From a virus, in the IMG/VR virus record IMGVR_UViG_3300049733_000058, positions 4,532 through 68,531 of that record: 64,000 bases of DNA, one strand, 5' to 3'. Below, in pieces: positions 28,293 through 36,579 of this stretch. Position numbers and translations under genes: made by a program. Below the pieces are notes generated by a model. The model had not been told where the DNA came from. It saw only the letters and a program-made list of their open reading frames with translations, and did no database searches. Position 1 is the first letter of the stretch. Each line of letters begins with the position of its first letter.

Positions 28293-28807
28293 TCGTCATG
28301 GGCATTGACCCCGGTGAGACCACGGGCTGGGCAGTGTGTGAGTTCATGGCTCGGGGGAAGTTGGAAGTTGTCTCTTGTGGTGAACTCAATGGTGAGGAGT
28401 TGATCTCTGACGGCATTGACATGACCATGCCGGGGGCTGGGAACTACAGTCACCACCGGGCGATCTGCATGGCGCTGATGGAGATACTGGTAGCGCATGA
28501 TTGTTCTGTTGTCGTGGTAGAAGACTTCGTGCTGCGGCAGTTCACTACTATGGATCGGGCAGGCATCGGGCCGCATGGCATCATCAACATGTTGGAAGTG
28601 TGGCTGTACGACATCATGATGCCTGCTGGGGAATGGCTGGGGGACGTGGTGTACCAGACACCCAGTCAGGCCAAGGGCGTCATGACAGACCAGCGAATGA
28701 AGTCTTTGGAACTATGGCAAAGAGGACTTCCACATGCGACGGATGCAGTTCGGCATTGTGAGGTGTTCAGGCGGAAGACGCAAGGAATAGGGCGAACAGG
28801 GAAGTGA
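28289..28807 (+). CDS. RuvC-like Holliday junction resolvase
   Basis: MIVMGIDPGETTGW, VVVEDF, HATDAVRH; start re-called to 28289. Confidence 0.85.
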   Translation: MIVMGIDPGETTGWAVCEFMARGKLEVVSCGELNGEELISDGIDMTMPGAGNYSHHRAICMALMEILVAHDCSVVVVEDFVLRQFTTMDRAGIGPHGIINMLEVWLYDIMMPAGEWLGDVVYQTPSQAKGVMTDQRMKSLELWQRGLPHATDAVRHCEVFRRKTQGIGRTGK

Positions 28808-29046
28808 GAATCGGCAAGTCGTTTCTCTTTCAGGGCCAGCCCTGTGGCGTATGCTGGTGCCAGCACCAAGTACCCGCCCACCGGGGGCGGGGGTGTGGCC
28901 CGGCGGTTAGGCGCCGGGGGCTACGGGCAACGCGCAGGCGCCCGCCATTGCACTGCGCAGCCGCCGCCTGGTGGCTAGTAACCGTGTGCGCTGTAAAGGC
29001 ATCCGTTCGCCGCACCTGGTACGGCAGCAGGGTACACGTAGCAGTT

Positions 29047-29065
29047 CCATCCGGCCAAGGGTGGG
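29047..29065. repeat. 19-bp repeat, inverted copy at 29774-29792
   Basis: ccatccggccaagggtggg versus cccacccttggccggatgg: exact reverse complements. Confidence 0.9.
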
Positions 29066-29122
29066 TCTGGGTACAGTCGGGGTGGGAATCCATCCGACCT
29101 GGGCTCCCGAAAGGTAGGAATC

Positions 29123-29752
29123 ATGGCCGAGGTTACCAAGGAACTGCGGGTGAAGGCGTGCAACGCCTACGTTCAGGCCAAGCGGGACGGCAAGTCCAAC
29201 GTGGAAGCCAAGGGCGTGGCGCACAAGATCGCCAAGGTTGGCCACTCGCTCCTGGATCTGTCGTGGTACGCCACGAAGTTCGAGGCTCTGGGCACGTTCG
29301 CCCAGGTGGCGGAGGGCGAGACCGCTCAGGCGATCGTGGCGCTCCGTGGTGGGGCAGGCTGGAACGGCAAGCATGTGGGCCAGCGGCTCGCATGGGGGCC
29401 GATCAGCATCTGCCTGGGGTGGTTCAACCCCAGCGATCCCAGCACGGCGGGCGAGAACGCAGTGCAGCGCCTGTTCCCGATCTGCACCAAGGTGGTGGCC
29501 GGTGTTCCGGTTGCGGCCGAGGGCACCCGATCGGGCAAGGGCGGGCGTTGGCTGGGCGATGACGCTTCACTCTACGTCGGGAACCACAAGGGTCACGGCG
29601 TGGAGGAAGAGCGGCCTCGTGCAGTGGACCGCAAGGCACTGCGGGAAGGCGCCGACGAATACCAGGGCAAGGTGGTGGCGTTCGCCGCTGGCCGCAAGGC
29701 TGCGGCTCGCCGCCCCCGGAAGCCCAAGGCCGCACCCGCAGCCAAGAAGTAG
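29123..29752 (+). CDS. hypothetical protein with basic Lys/Ala/Pro tail
   Basis: 209 aa; GAAAGGTAGGAAT leader; strong GC3 codon bias. Confidence 0.8.
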   Translation: MAEVTKELRVKACNAYVQAKRDGKSNVEAKGVAHKIAKVGHSLLDLSWYATKFEALGTFAQVAEGETAQAIVALRGGAGWNGKHVGQRLAWGPISICLGWFNPSDPSTAGENAVQRLFPICTKVVAGVPVAAEGTRSGKGGRWLGDDASLYVGNHKGHGVEEERPRAVDRKALREGADEYQGKVVAFAAGRKAAARRPRKPKAAPAAKK

Positions 29753-29843
29753 CCACAAGGGAGGGCATTCGTGCCCACCCTTGGCCGGATGGGGCAGGGT
29801 GGTTCTACAGTGGGAAGTACCCGCTGGAAAGGTAGGAACTACC

Positions 29844-29999
29844 GTGGACTTCAAGTACGAGTTCGTCGGTATGACGAAGCGGTACGCCAAGTACGAGCCC
29901 CTCCCCGATCAGGGGATCACTGGGTCGTTCTACCTGGCGACCGAGCAGTACGAGGCGCAAGGCAAGCCCGAAGCCCTCGTTCTGACCCTCAGCATCTAA
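29844..29999 (+). CDS. small beta-rich protein (likely paralog of 36286-36471)
   Basis: GTG start after GAAAGGTAG; 51 aa. Confidence 0.7.
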   Translation: MDFKYEFVGMTKRYAKYEPLPDQGITGSFYLATEQYEAQGKPEALVLTLSI

Positions 30000-30124
30000 G
30001 GACCGGAACACCTCGCGGCAGTCAAACCGGAGCCGGTTCGCCAGTGTGGCATCGCTGTTGACAGGAGCGGTGCCCACTGTAGAACTACCCACCCCAACAA
30101 CAAAACAGAAAGGTAGGAACTGCA

Positions 30125-30379
30125 ATGATGGGTGAACTGTACCTGGTAGGTGGTGAGCCGATTCCCCCGGTGCAGGGGGATACGCATCGCACGCCCTTCC
30201 AGCGATACCTGTACGCCTCCCGTATAGCCAACCTCAGTGGTGAAGGCGATCTGCCTTGCCCTTCGTGTGGTGCTACGTGGGAAGCCCACATGGTCATTCA
30301 TGTACTGGGTTGTGACTACATCCAGTGGGTGAACGCCCTCGGAATGTGGGAAGCACAGGCCACACCTGACATGTTGTAG
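30125..30379 (+). CDS. hypothetical protein (CxxC)
   Basis: GAAAGGTAG leader; TTGACA at 30058. Confidence 0.65.
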   Translation: MMGELYLVGGEPIPPVQGDTHRTPFQRYLYASRIANLSGEGDLPCPSCGATWEAHMVIHVLGCDYIQWVNALGMWEAQATPDML

Positions 30380-30384
30380 AAGTG

Positions 30385-30422
30385 GAAGGGCTTCGTTCAG
30401 AAAGTTTTGGGCGAAGCCCTTC
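30385..30422 (+). terminator. hairpin after 30379
   Basis: gaagggcttcg / cgaagcccttc 11-bp inverted repeat. Confidence 0.45.
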
Positions 30423-30635
30423 TGCTGCAACACGAGCCGCTTCTTTATTGGGCGTGTCGGAAGCGGGTTATCTCAAAAGAAGCAAGAGGGAGGGGGGTAC
30501 CCCGGAAATAAGGGGAGGGGGGCCGGTGAGGCGGGTTCCAGATATTTTTCGCGATACCACAGCGTTATGGCGAATCATTTCTGGGCGCTACCATGGTGGT
30601 AGCGTACCCAACAGAAAGGAAAGGTAGGAACTGCA

Positions 30636-31028
30636 ATGAACAAGGACGTTCCCAAGGGCACGTTCAGGTTCGAGGTGGAAGTGGGCAATGGCTCCCTGAC
30701 CGCCGAAGACCTGGCCTGCCTGCACTGGGCCTTCACCCAGCAGACGTTCCCGGACACCGGCGATTCCGACTGGTTCCACGAGACCCGCTTCTACCAGCCC
30801 TACGAACAGGGCGGTGGAGCGACCACCGTGCGCTGGATCGGCACCGGTGATCCGTACATCGCCTACATGCGGGAAACCATCTGGGCGGCGCTCGGCGTGC
30901 CCCACCCGCCGAAGGCAGAGTTCACCGGTTGGATCTTTACGGATTGGTACACCGACAGCATGACCGGCGTGTACGAATCCCCCATCTGGCGGCTCCCCAA
31001 CGGCGAGTTCTGGATGGTGGAGCCCTAA
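30636..31028 (+). CDS. hypothetical protein
   Basis: 130 aa; GAAAGGTAG leader. Confidence 0.75.
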   Translation: MNKDVPKGTFRFEVEVGNGSLTAEDLACLHWAFTQQTFPDTGDSDWFHETRFYQPYEQGGGATTVRWIGTGDPYIAYMRETIWAALGVPHPPKAEFTGWIFTDWYTDSMTGVYESPIWRLPNGEFWMVEP

Positions 31029-31069
31029 CCACCACCCACCCAACCCGAAAAGAAAAAGGAGGTGATCTC

Positions 31070-31216
31070 ATGGGAACCATTGCGTTTCTGCTGACGTTCG
31101 TAGCGTACTGCTTCCTGGCGTGGCTGCTGTGCCGCCTGTTCGACTACATGTGGCAGTTGCACCGAACCCGCCAGATGATGGGCGTAGCAAGAACGTCGTT
31201 CCAGGTACTACCATAG
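31070..31216 (+). CDS. small membrane protein
   Basis: Perfect AAGGAGGTGATC RBS; hydrophobic N-terminus. Confidence 0.65.
   Translation: MGTIAFLLTFVAYCFLAWLLCRLFDYMWQLHRTRQMMGVARTSFQVLP
31185..31214 (+). promoter_or_regulatory. promoter with GAAC-N3-GTTC operator
   Basis: TAGCAA-GAACGTCGTTC...-TACCAT, 18-nt spacer. Confidence 0.7.
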
Positions 31217-31248
31217 TACCGAAACAACCACACAACAGAAAGGTAGCA

Positions 31249-31500
31249 ATGGCAACCGAACTGACCGCTGGCCAACTGGCGGTGGAGAGCGCTGACGTGC
31301 TCCTGCTGCCCGACGTGAAGACGGCCCGAGAAGCCTACGTGGAACACAAGCACGAGGCGTTGGGCCAACTGCTCGGGTGGCTCGTGGACGGTGCGTACGA
31401 CGAACCGTCGTTCGACCCACACAAGTTCATGAACCGCCTGAACTGGCTGCTGGCTGATCTCGGCTACACCATGGATCAGCCCACGGAGCCCCGGCTCTAG
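31249..31500 (+). CDS. hypothetical protein
   Basis: Start re-called to ATG at 31249 after GAAAGGTAG. Confidence 0.75.
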   Translation: MATELTAGQLAVESADVLLLPDVKTAREAYVEHKHEALGQLLGWLVDGAYDEPSFDPHKFMNRLNWLLADLGYTMDQPTEPRL

Positions 31501-31506
31501 CCACCC

Positions 31507-31536
31507 GCCTCCGGCAGTTTCACCGCTGCCGGGGGC
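31507..31536 (+). terminator. hairpin after 31500
   Basis: gcctccggcag / ctgccgggggc stem. Confidence 0.45.
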
Positions 31537-31538
31537 AC

Positions 31539-31568
31539 TGGCACGAAGGTGCCTCGGCCCAGTACAAT
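31539..31568 (+). promoter_or_regulatory. promoter with degenerate operator
   Basis: TGGCAC-GAAGGTGCCTC...-TACAAT, 18-nt spacer. Confidence 0.6.
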
Positions 31569-31604
31569 GGGCTGGAAATACAACAACACAGAAAGGTAGG
31601 TTCC

Positions 31605-31802
31605 ATGACCAAGTTCCGTGTCGACAAGGAAGTCGTGTACACGGAGATGCAGGTGCTGGACGACGAAGAGGGCAACGAATACGAGGTGCTCTTCATCGAG
31701 GCGAAGTCCATGCAGCCGGGCGGTACTTCGTGGTACCGCTTCTACCTGCCGCCGGGCAAGACCTTCGGCGGCGATCTCACGGTAGGTGATCATGCCGACT
31801 GA
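31605..31802 (+). CDS. hypothetical protein
   Basis: 65 aa; GAAAGGTAG leader. Confidence 0.7.
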   Translation: MTKFRVDKEVVYTEMQVLDDEEGNEYEVLFIEAKSMQPGGTSWYRFYLPPGKTFGGDLTVGDHAD

Positions 31803-31950
31803 ATGCCAGGGCACCTGGCGGGATTACCACGGCCCGCTCGAGGCAGAACTACCCGAAGGCAAGTGGTTGATGGTGTGCGATGGGTGCGGTGAGATCGTTA
31901 TGTATCCTGCATCCATCACCCTAGTTCCTGGGAGGGAACGTGCTACCTGA
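31792..31950 (+). CDS. small CxxC protein
   Basis: MPTECQGTW...VCDGCGEI, 52 aa; fills the gap, below the ORF-track cutoff. Confidence 0.5.
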   Translation: MPTECQGTWRDYHGPLEAELPEGKWLMVCDGCGEIVMYPASITLVPGRERAT

Positions 31951-32212
31951 CGAGATCAAGCAACGGGTGGATGCGGCAGCGCATCAGACCCTTCGCATGG
32001 AACCCGACATCGTGCCGTTCATGGGCGTGCAGTGCATGCAGATCTCCTGCGAAGACTGGCAGTTCCTCATGCCCATGGCGGGTGCGAACTGGGCGGCGTT
32101 CCGCATCTACCGGCCCGAGCAGGACGACTTCGACTACTTCGCCATCACCGACATCGAAGACGCCACGTACATCGTGGAGAAGTTGGTGCCTCCGGACCCT
32201 AGCACGAACTGA
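31940..32212 (+). CDS. hypothetical protein
   Basis: 90 aa, GGAGG RBS. Confidence 0.65.
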   Translation: MLPDEIKQRVDAAAHQTLRMEPDIVPFMGVQCMQISCEDWQFLMPMAGANWAAFRIYRPEQDDFDYFAITDIEDATYIVEKLVPPDPSTN

Positions 32213-32229
32213 TTTCCACCTGCTATACT
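32200..32229 (+). promoter_or_regulatory. promoter with GAAC-N3-(G)TTC operator
   Basis: TAGCAC-GAACTGATTTC...-TATACT, 18-nt spacer. Confidence 0.7.
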
Positions 32230-32265
32230 GCTTTCAGCACCACACCAACACAGAAAGGTAGACAA

Positions 32266-32445
32266 ATGATCCGAGAGATCCAAGGCCGGGAACTACAGCC
32301 CGGCCACGTGATTGCCCTGCCCATGGGGCGAACCGCCACCGTGCGGGAAGTCAAGGTGGGGCGTGTGTTCGCCACTTTCGTGACCGAACACGGTAAATCC
32401 CGGGTCGGCCTGAACGACCCGGTGCTGCTGGAGGTGGACGAATGA
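32266..32445 (+). CDS. small beta-rich hypothetical protein
   Basis: MIREIQGRELQPGHVI..., 59 aa after GAAAGGTAG; not in ORF track. Confidence 0.7.
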   Translation: MIREIQGRELQPGHVIALPMGRTATVREVKVGRVFATFVTEHGKSRVGLNDPVLLEVDE

Positions 32446-32744
32446 ACCACCAGACAAGAATCCTCAAGGCGATCGAGGCCAACCTCGAAGGCTGGGAGCC
32501 CAGCCTGGAGATGACCTGGGATCAGACCGTGGCCAGCAACGTGGGCTTCGTCGGCAGCGTGTGGCCGGGTGAGATCACCGCCCGGTACCGCTTCCACTGC
32601 AACTTCCAGGCCGACTACGCCACCTTCGCACCCGTGAAGCCCAACGGGCAGATCAGCGACCGGAAGATCTACGCCAATTTCCACCAGCACGCCAAGGCGG
32701 AAGAGGCCATCATGCAGGTGGTGAAGACACTGTGCGGCTGCTGA
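32442..32744 (+). CDS. hypothetical protein
   Basis: 100 aa, ATGA-coupled. Confidence 0.7.
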   Translation: MNHQTRILKAIEANLEGWEPSLEMTWDQTVASNVGFVGSVWPGEITARYRFHCNFQADYATFAPVKPNGQISDRKIYANFHQHAKAEEAIMQVVKTLCGC

Positions 32745-32828
32745 TGATCGCCCTGTCCGTCGCCGTGGTGGTGGGCGAGTTCTTGGCCTTCCTGTGGTGG
32801 ATGCGCCACGAAAGGAGGTACTGGCACG

Positions 32829-32987
32829 ATGACGAGTGAACGCCCCGCCAAAGAAGTCATGCCCCGGCTGCTGCGCCTGGGCATCGCCCGCAATCGGCAG
32901 CACGATCACGAGCCTCGTACGGTGACCATCACCGATGACGAAGCCCTGGATCTCTACAACTACATCAGAGAACTGGAGGACAACTGA
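32829..32987 (+). CDS. hypothetical protein
   Basis: AAAGGAGG RBS; MTSERPAKEV..., 52 aa. Confidence 0.55.
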   Translation: MTSERPAKEVMPRLLRLGIARNRQHDHEPRTVTITDDEALDLYNYIRELEDN

Positions 32988-33274
32988 TGGCTTTCCCCGG
33001 ACCCGGAGCAGAGATCCACTACAACGAAGCGGGTGAGCCCACCGGCTGGGACTATCCGTCCTATGAGCCGCCTGAGCCCGACCCCTACGAGGAATCCGCA
33101 GCGGATGCCGCTGCCGAAGCGGCGTACTTCTACGCCATGGACGAAGAGGGCGCATCCGACGACGAAGCCTGCAACTTCGCCCGGTATTACGTCCGGCACG
33201 CCAAGGGCCGAACCGAGACGCTGGAGTTCTTCTGGCGCTCTTGGGTGGAGACCAAGGAGGCGAAACTGACGTGA
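32987..33274 (+). CDS. hypothetical acidic protein
   Basis: 95 aa, TGATG-coupled. Confidence 0.65.
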   Translation: MAFPGPGAEIHYNEAGEPTGWDYPSYEPPEPDPYEESAADAAAEAAYFYAMDEEGASDDEACNFARYYVRHAKGRTETLEFFWRSWVETKEAKLT

Positions 33275-33471
33275 GACAGCGCAACCTTCTGGCCGTGCGG
33301 CTCGTGCTGGAGGATCATCCGGAGGGGTTGTATCCATTGCAGATCATGCGTCGCACCAGAATGCTCAGCGGAACGCTGTACCCGGTGCTGGCGCACCTGG
33401 AGCGTGAGGGCGAGATCACCAGTGAGCGCCACGACGATGGGCGGCGTCTGTACCGAAAGGTAGTTTCATGA
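33271..33471 (+). CDS. PadR-like winged-helix regulator
   Basis: LYPLQI...SGTLYPVLAHLEREGEITS...RRLY; GTG start at 33271. Confidence 0.8.
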   Translation: MRQRNLLAVRLVLEDHPEGLYPLQIMRRTRMLSGTLYPVLAHLEREGEITSERHDDGRRLYRKVVS

Positions 33472-33665
33472 AACTGAAGAAGGGCGACCCCGTGATCGTC
33501 GTCGTGGCAGAAGACCCGGTGGACATCGAGTTCGCCGGTGCCTACGAATCAGCGGGGGATTGGCTGGTGACGATACGCCAAGGGGAGAAGTTCTGCCACA
33601 TTCCCAAGGAGACGGTGAAGTGCATCTACCAGCCCATCGATTCTGAGACGCTGGCAGGAACATAG
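33468..33665 (+). CDS. hypothetical protein
   Basis: 65 aa; GAAAGGTAG leader. Confidence 0.65.
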   Translation: MKLKKGDPVIVVVAEDPVDIEFAGAYESAGDWLVTIRQGEKFCHIPKETVKCIYQPIDSETLAGT

Positions 33666-33681
33666 TTCTACGCACTACCCT
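33652..33681 (+). promoter_or_regulatory. promoter with GAAC-N3-GTTC operator
   Basis: TGGCAG-GAACATAGTTC...-TACCCT, 18-nt spacer. Confidence 0.7.
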
Positions 33682-33709
33682 GGTACCAACAACAACAGAA
33701 AGGTAGAAC

Positions 33710-34189
33710 ATGACCACGGATTTCGACCCCAGCACGATCGTCGTTCCTGACTACGGCGATTTCCTGCCCGCCTACATCAAGACGGCGTGGGTAGAAGAGG
33801 ACCACAAGGCCATTCTGGACTGGGTGGTGTTCGGTCCGGAAGACGCCGAGCAGGCGCCCGAGGACACCCCTGAAGATCGCTACCACGACTTCATGGTGTG
33901 GTGCGGTCAGCGGAAGGCTCGGTGGTACGTCAACACGTACTTCACCCACGAGGCCTACGGTGGCCCCGAAGAAGGCGGCTGGTGGTACACCATCCACGCC
34001 CCGGCCGAGCCCAAGGAAGCACTGATCTTCCAGCCCATCGGTCCGTTCGACGACTACGTCAAGGCGTGTGAGGTCAGTGCTTTCATGCTGCCGATCCTGC
34101 GGGCGCAGCACCCCGGCGAGAAGTCGTACACCATCGTCGAACGCCACCGGGCTCGCCTGTACCCCCGCTTCAAGCCCCACTACTGCTGA
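33710..34189 (+). CDS. hypothetical protein (AYGGPEEGGWWY motif)
   Basis: 159 aa; GAAAGGTAG leader. Confidence 0.75.
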   Translation: MTTDFDPSTIVVPDYGDFLPAYIKTAWVEEDHKAILDWVVFGPEDAEQAPEDTPEDRYHDFMVWCGQRKARWYVNTYFTHEAYGGPEEGGWWYTIHAPAEPKEALIFQPIGPFDDYVKACEVSAFMLPILRAQHPGEKSYTIVERHRARLYPRFKPHYC

Positions 34190-34638
34190 TGGCCAGGTGG
34201 CGGCTCTCGAAGTTGAACGTGCCCGGTTGGTGCATGGAATGCGAAGGGCACAGCCTGCCCGTGTTTGACAACGAGTTTCACGGGGAGGGGTTCGTCACGG
34301 TGTACCACGATCTGCGGGTGCATAGGTCGTTCAACGCCGACCTGCGGGGCGATGGGTTCAAGGTCGTCACGCATGGTCGTGACGTCACGAACAACTGCTT
34401 CGCCGCCTTCGTGTACCCGCCGTGGCTGCTGATCAAGCGCTGGAACGACCCCGACGTCGGTCCTCTCGCTCGTCGAGATGCCGGGTGGTACGCCGTCTAC
34501 GAAATGCGGGACGGCCAACGGATTCCCTGTGTGAACTGCCGTAGTCGGGCAGCCCAAAATCTCCTCTACACCAGCGATCTCCACATACATCACACAATGA
34601 AGGTGCCCGATGCTTACGGCTATATCTGGCAAGACTGA
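34189..34638 (+). CDS. hypothetical protein with two CxxC motifs
   Basis: 149 aa, TGATG-coupled. Confidence 0.65.
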   Translation: MARWRLSKLNVPGWCMECEGHSLPVFDNEFHGEGFVTVYHDLRVHRSFNADLRGDGFKVVTHGRDVTNNCFAAFVYPPWLLIKRWNDPDVGPLARRDAGWYAVYEMRDGQRIPCVNCRSRAAQNLLYTSDLHIHHTMKVPDAYGYIWQD

Positions 34639-35014
34639 GGTCAAACGATCTCGCACCCACGGCTGGGGTGTGTTCCTCACCAAGGACGTTCGGAAACACG
34701 AGATCATCGAACGCTCTTTGGCGCTCGCAATTCGGGACACACACATTCGGAAACCGGATCGTTGGTCACCCCTGACCACCCATGCCTTCCACCCGGCGGG
34801 GTTCCGGGAATTGTGGATCTGCACTGGCACGGGCAGTTTCTACAACCATCGCAATCCGGCCAACGTGCACTACGAGTACATCGAAGCCAACGACGACACC
34901 AAGGCCGACTGGATGGAGTTCCGGGCGGTGGGCTACATGCCCAAGAACACAGAACTGTTCATCAACTACAACGGAGAGTGGGACGATGCCACAGAAGTCA
35001 CTTTCAGCCAGTGA
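34610..35014 (+). CDS. SET-domain protein-lysine methyltransferase
   Basis: SRTHGWGVF (GxG), GSFYNH...ANV (NHS-like), FRA...KNTELFINY (ELxxxY). Confidence 0.85.
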   Translation: MLTAISGKTEVKRSRTHGWGVFLTKDVRKHEIIERSLALAIRDTHIRKPDRWSPLTTHAFHPAGFRELWICTGTGSFYNHRNPANVHYEYIEANDDTKADWMEFRAVGYMPKNTELFINYNGEWDDATEVTFSQ

Positions 35015-35042
35015 GCACCTGCGCAAGTTCGAACGGGAGTGG

Positions 35043-35198
35043 ATGACGGACCTGATCGCCGATCACCCCGACGTCAGTCCCGACGAGTTGTACTGGGATG
35101 GCCTGAAGGCATACCTTGCCACCGACGTGGAGCCTGCCGCTCTGCGCAAGGAGATCGCCCGGATGGCGGGCGTGTCAGTGGACGAGGACGGGTTCTGA
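35043..35198 (+). CDS. hypothetical protein
   Basis: MTDLIADHPD..., 51 aa. Confidence 0.5.
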   Translation: MTDLIADHPDVSPDELYWDGLKAYLATDVEPAALRKEIARMAGVSVDEDGF

Positions 35199-35386
35199 TG
35201 CGAATCATCATTGAGACCAAGACCGGCTGGGGACGGAAGCAGAAGCACCGCTGCGTGATCGTGGCGGGCAACAACGAGCCGCTGGTGTGGAGCGAGAAGT
35301 ACCACAACCTCAGCGATGTGGAAACCATGGTCACGCTGTTGAAGGCCGAGGTTCCCACGGCGAAGGTCGAATACATCACGGTGTAG
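35198..35386 (+). CDS. YegP/DUF1508-like small protein
   Basis: VIVAGNNEPLVWSEKY motif; 62 aa. Confidence 0.6.
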   Translation: MRIIIETKTGWGRKQKHRCVIVAGNNEPLVWSEKYHNLSDVETMVTLLKAEVPTAKVEYITV

Positions 35387-35413
35387 CAGGAAGATACTTC
35401 CGCACGCTAAGGT
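35384..35413 (+). promoter_or_regulatory. promoter with GAAG-N3-CTTC operator variant
   Basis: TAGCAG-GAAGATACTTC...-TAAGGT, 18-nt spacer; palindrome preserved. Confidence 0.7.
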
Positions 35414-35447
35414 GTGCGCAGCACAACACCACAACAGAAAGGTAGAA

Positions 35448-35663
35448 ATGGACCAGGAGATCCGCCAGGCGGTGGAGGAACTCACGCCGCCTGGGTTTCA
35501 GGAATTCATCCTCAGGTACCTGGAAGCAGCCGAGGAAATGGGCGGCGTGCTGCAACTGGATCGCCCGTTGGTGCGGGTGAATCGGGCCGATGGTGGGCAG
35601 GTGGCTACGGTTGATCTGCCCGCTGCCGAGACGTTCATCATCACGCCGCCGGAGCGTGGCTAG
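35448..35663 (+). CDS. hypothetical protein
   Basis: Start re-called to ATG at 35448 after GAAAGGTAG. Confidence 0.7.
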   Translation: MDQEIRQAVEELTPPGFQEFILRYLEAAEEMGGVLQLDRPLVRVNRADGGQVATVDLPAAETFIITPPERG

Positions 35664-35892
35664 GGAAAACCTGGGCCTCACCGTGAATGGGCTGCCGCTG
35701 GATGATGGCGCTGGCCTGTGGGTGCCCGAGAACTGCTTTCCTGGTGCGACTTCCCGTGACGCCCGTGTGACCGAACGGTGGCACAGCGATAGCGTGAAGA
35801 CACCGGGGCAGGTGCACCGCAAGAAGACCCGGAAGAAGAAGCCCCCGACCCGAGAGCAAATGCTAGAAAGGATGCGCCGTGGGCTCGGCTGA
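35656..35892 (+). CDS. hypothetical basic protein
   Basis: GTG start overlapping upstream gene. Confidence 0.5.
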   Translation: MARENLGLTVNGLPLDDGAGLWVPENCFPGATSRDARVTERWHSDSVKTPGQVHRKKTRKKKPPTREQMLERMRRGLG

Positions 35893-36202
35893 AGAACTGA
35901 TCGCAAGGCTCAGAGACGACATCGCCAAGGAGTACTTCCACCCAGCGGGCGATGCTTGCTTTGACTACCACATGGAAGGTGACCTGATCATGACCGAGAT
36001 CCGACCCCGGTTGGAATCGGACAACGGATACGACTGCGCCATGCATGCCCTGCACATGGGGATGCTGGCCGATGCAGCGGCCATCAGCAAGATGCTGGCC
36101 GAGGACGAAGACCCGGTGGCGGTGGACCCCGAGTTGATCATCCGGATCCTCAACACCGCCGAGAAGGAGGACTTGATCGAATGGCGCTCCCTGCCTGACT
36201 AG
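35879..36202 (+). CDS. hypothetical protein
   Basis: 107 aa. Confidence 0.6.
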   Translation: MGSAEELIARLRDDIAKEYFHPAGDACFDYHMEGDLIMTEIRPRLESDNGYDCAMHALHMGMLADAAAISKMLAEDEDPVAVDPELIIRILNTAEKEDLIEWRSLPD

Positions 36203-36206
36203 CCAC

Positions 36207-36236
36207 TTGCAGGAACGTCTTTCCATCAACCACAAT
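36207..36236 (+). promoter_or_regulatory. promoter with GAAC-N3-(G)TTC operator
   Basis: TTGCAG-GAACGTCTTTC...-CACAAT, 18-nt spacer. Confidence 0.65.
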
Positions 36237-36285
36237 GTTACTGGCACCAACGGGGTGCCGGAACAACAGCAAAGGGAGAATAGAA

Positions 36286-36471
36286 ATGCCCACGAGTCCC
36301 AAGAAGACGGTCACGATTCCGATGACCAAGACCAAGGAGACCAAGGGAACCTGGCACTACGCCGCCGATGACGACACGGCGATCGCCAGCAACATCTACG
36401 TCAGCAAGGTCGGCCTCGACAAGATCGAGAACGCCGAGAAGATCGAGGTGACGATCACGAAGGTCTCGTAG
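36286..36471 (+). CDS. small beta-rich protein (likely paralog of 29844-29999)
   Basis: MPTSPKKTVTIPMTKTKETKGTWHY..., 61 aa. Confidence 0.75.
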   Translation: MPTSPKKTVTIPMTKTKETKGTWHYAADDDTAIASNIYVSKVGLDKIENAEKIEVTITKVS

Positions 36472-36579
36472 CCGCTACCTCCCCTGAACGCCGCCCCGTT
36501 CAGGCTGGCGGCTACGATGAAACCCGGTGGGTCGGGGAAGGCGTATTCCTACCTTTCCGCTGACCCCGGCCCTACCGGG
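36466..36579 (+). ncRNA. candidate structured RNA with anti-RBS sequence
   Basis: Stems 36466-75/36508-17, 36483-90/36497-504 and 36523-37/36564-79; contains ATTCCTACCTTTCC, the reverse complement of the early-gene leader. Confidence 0.6.
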
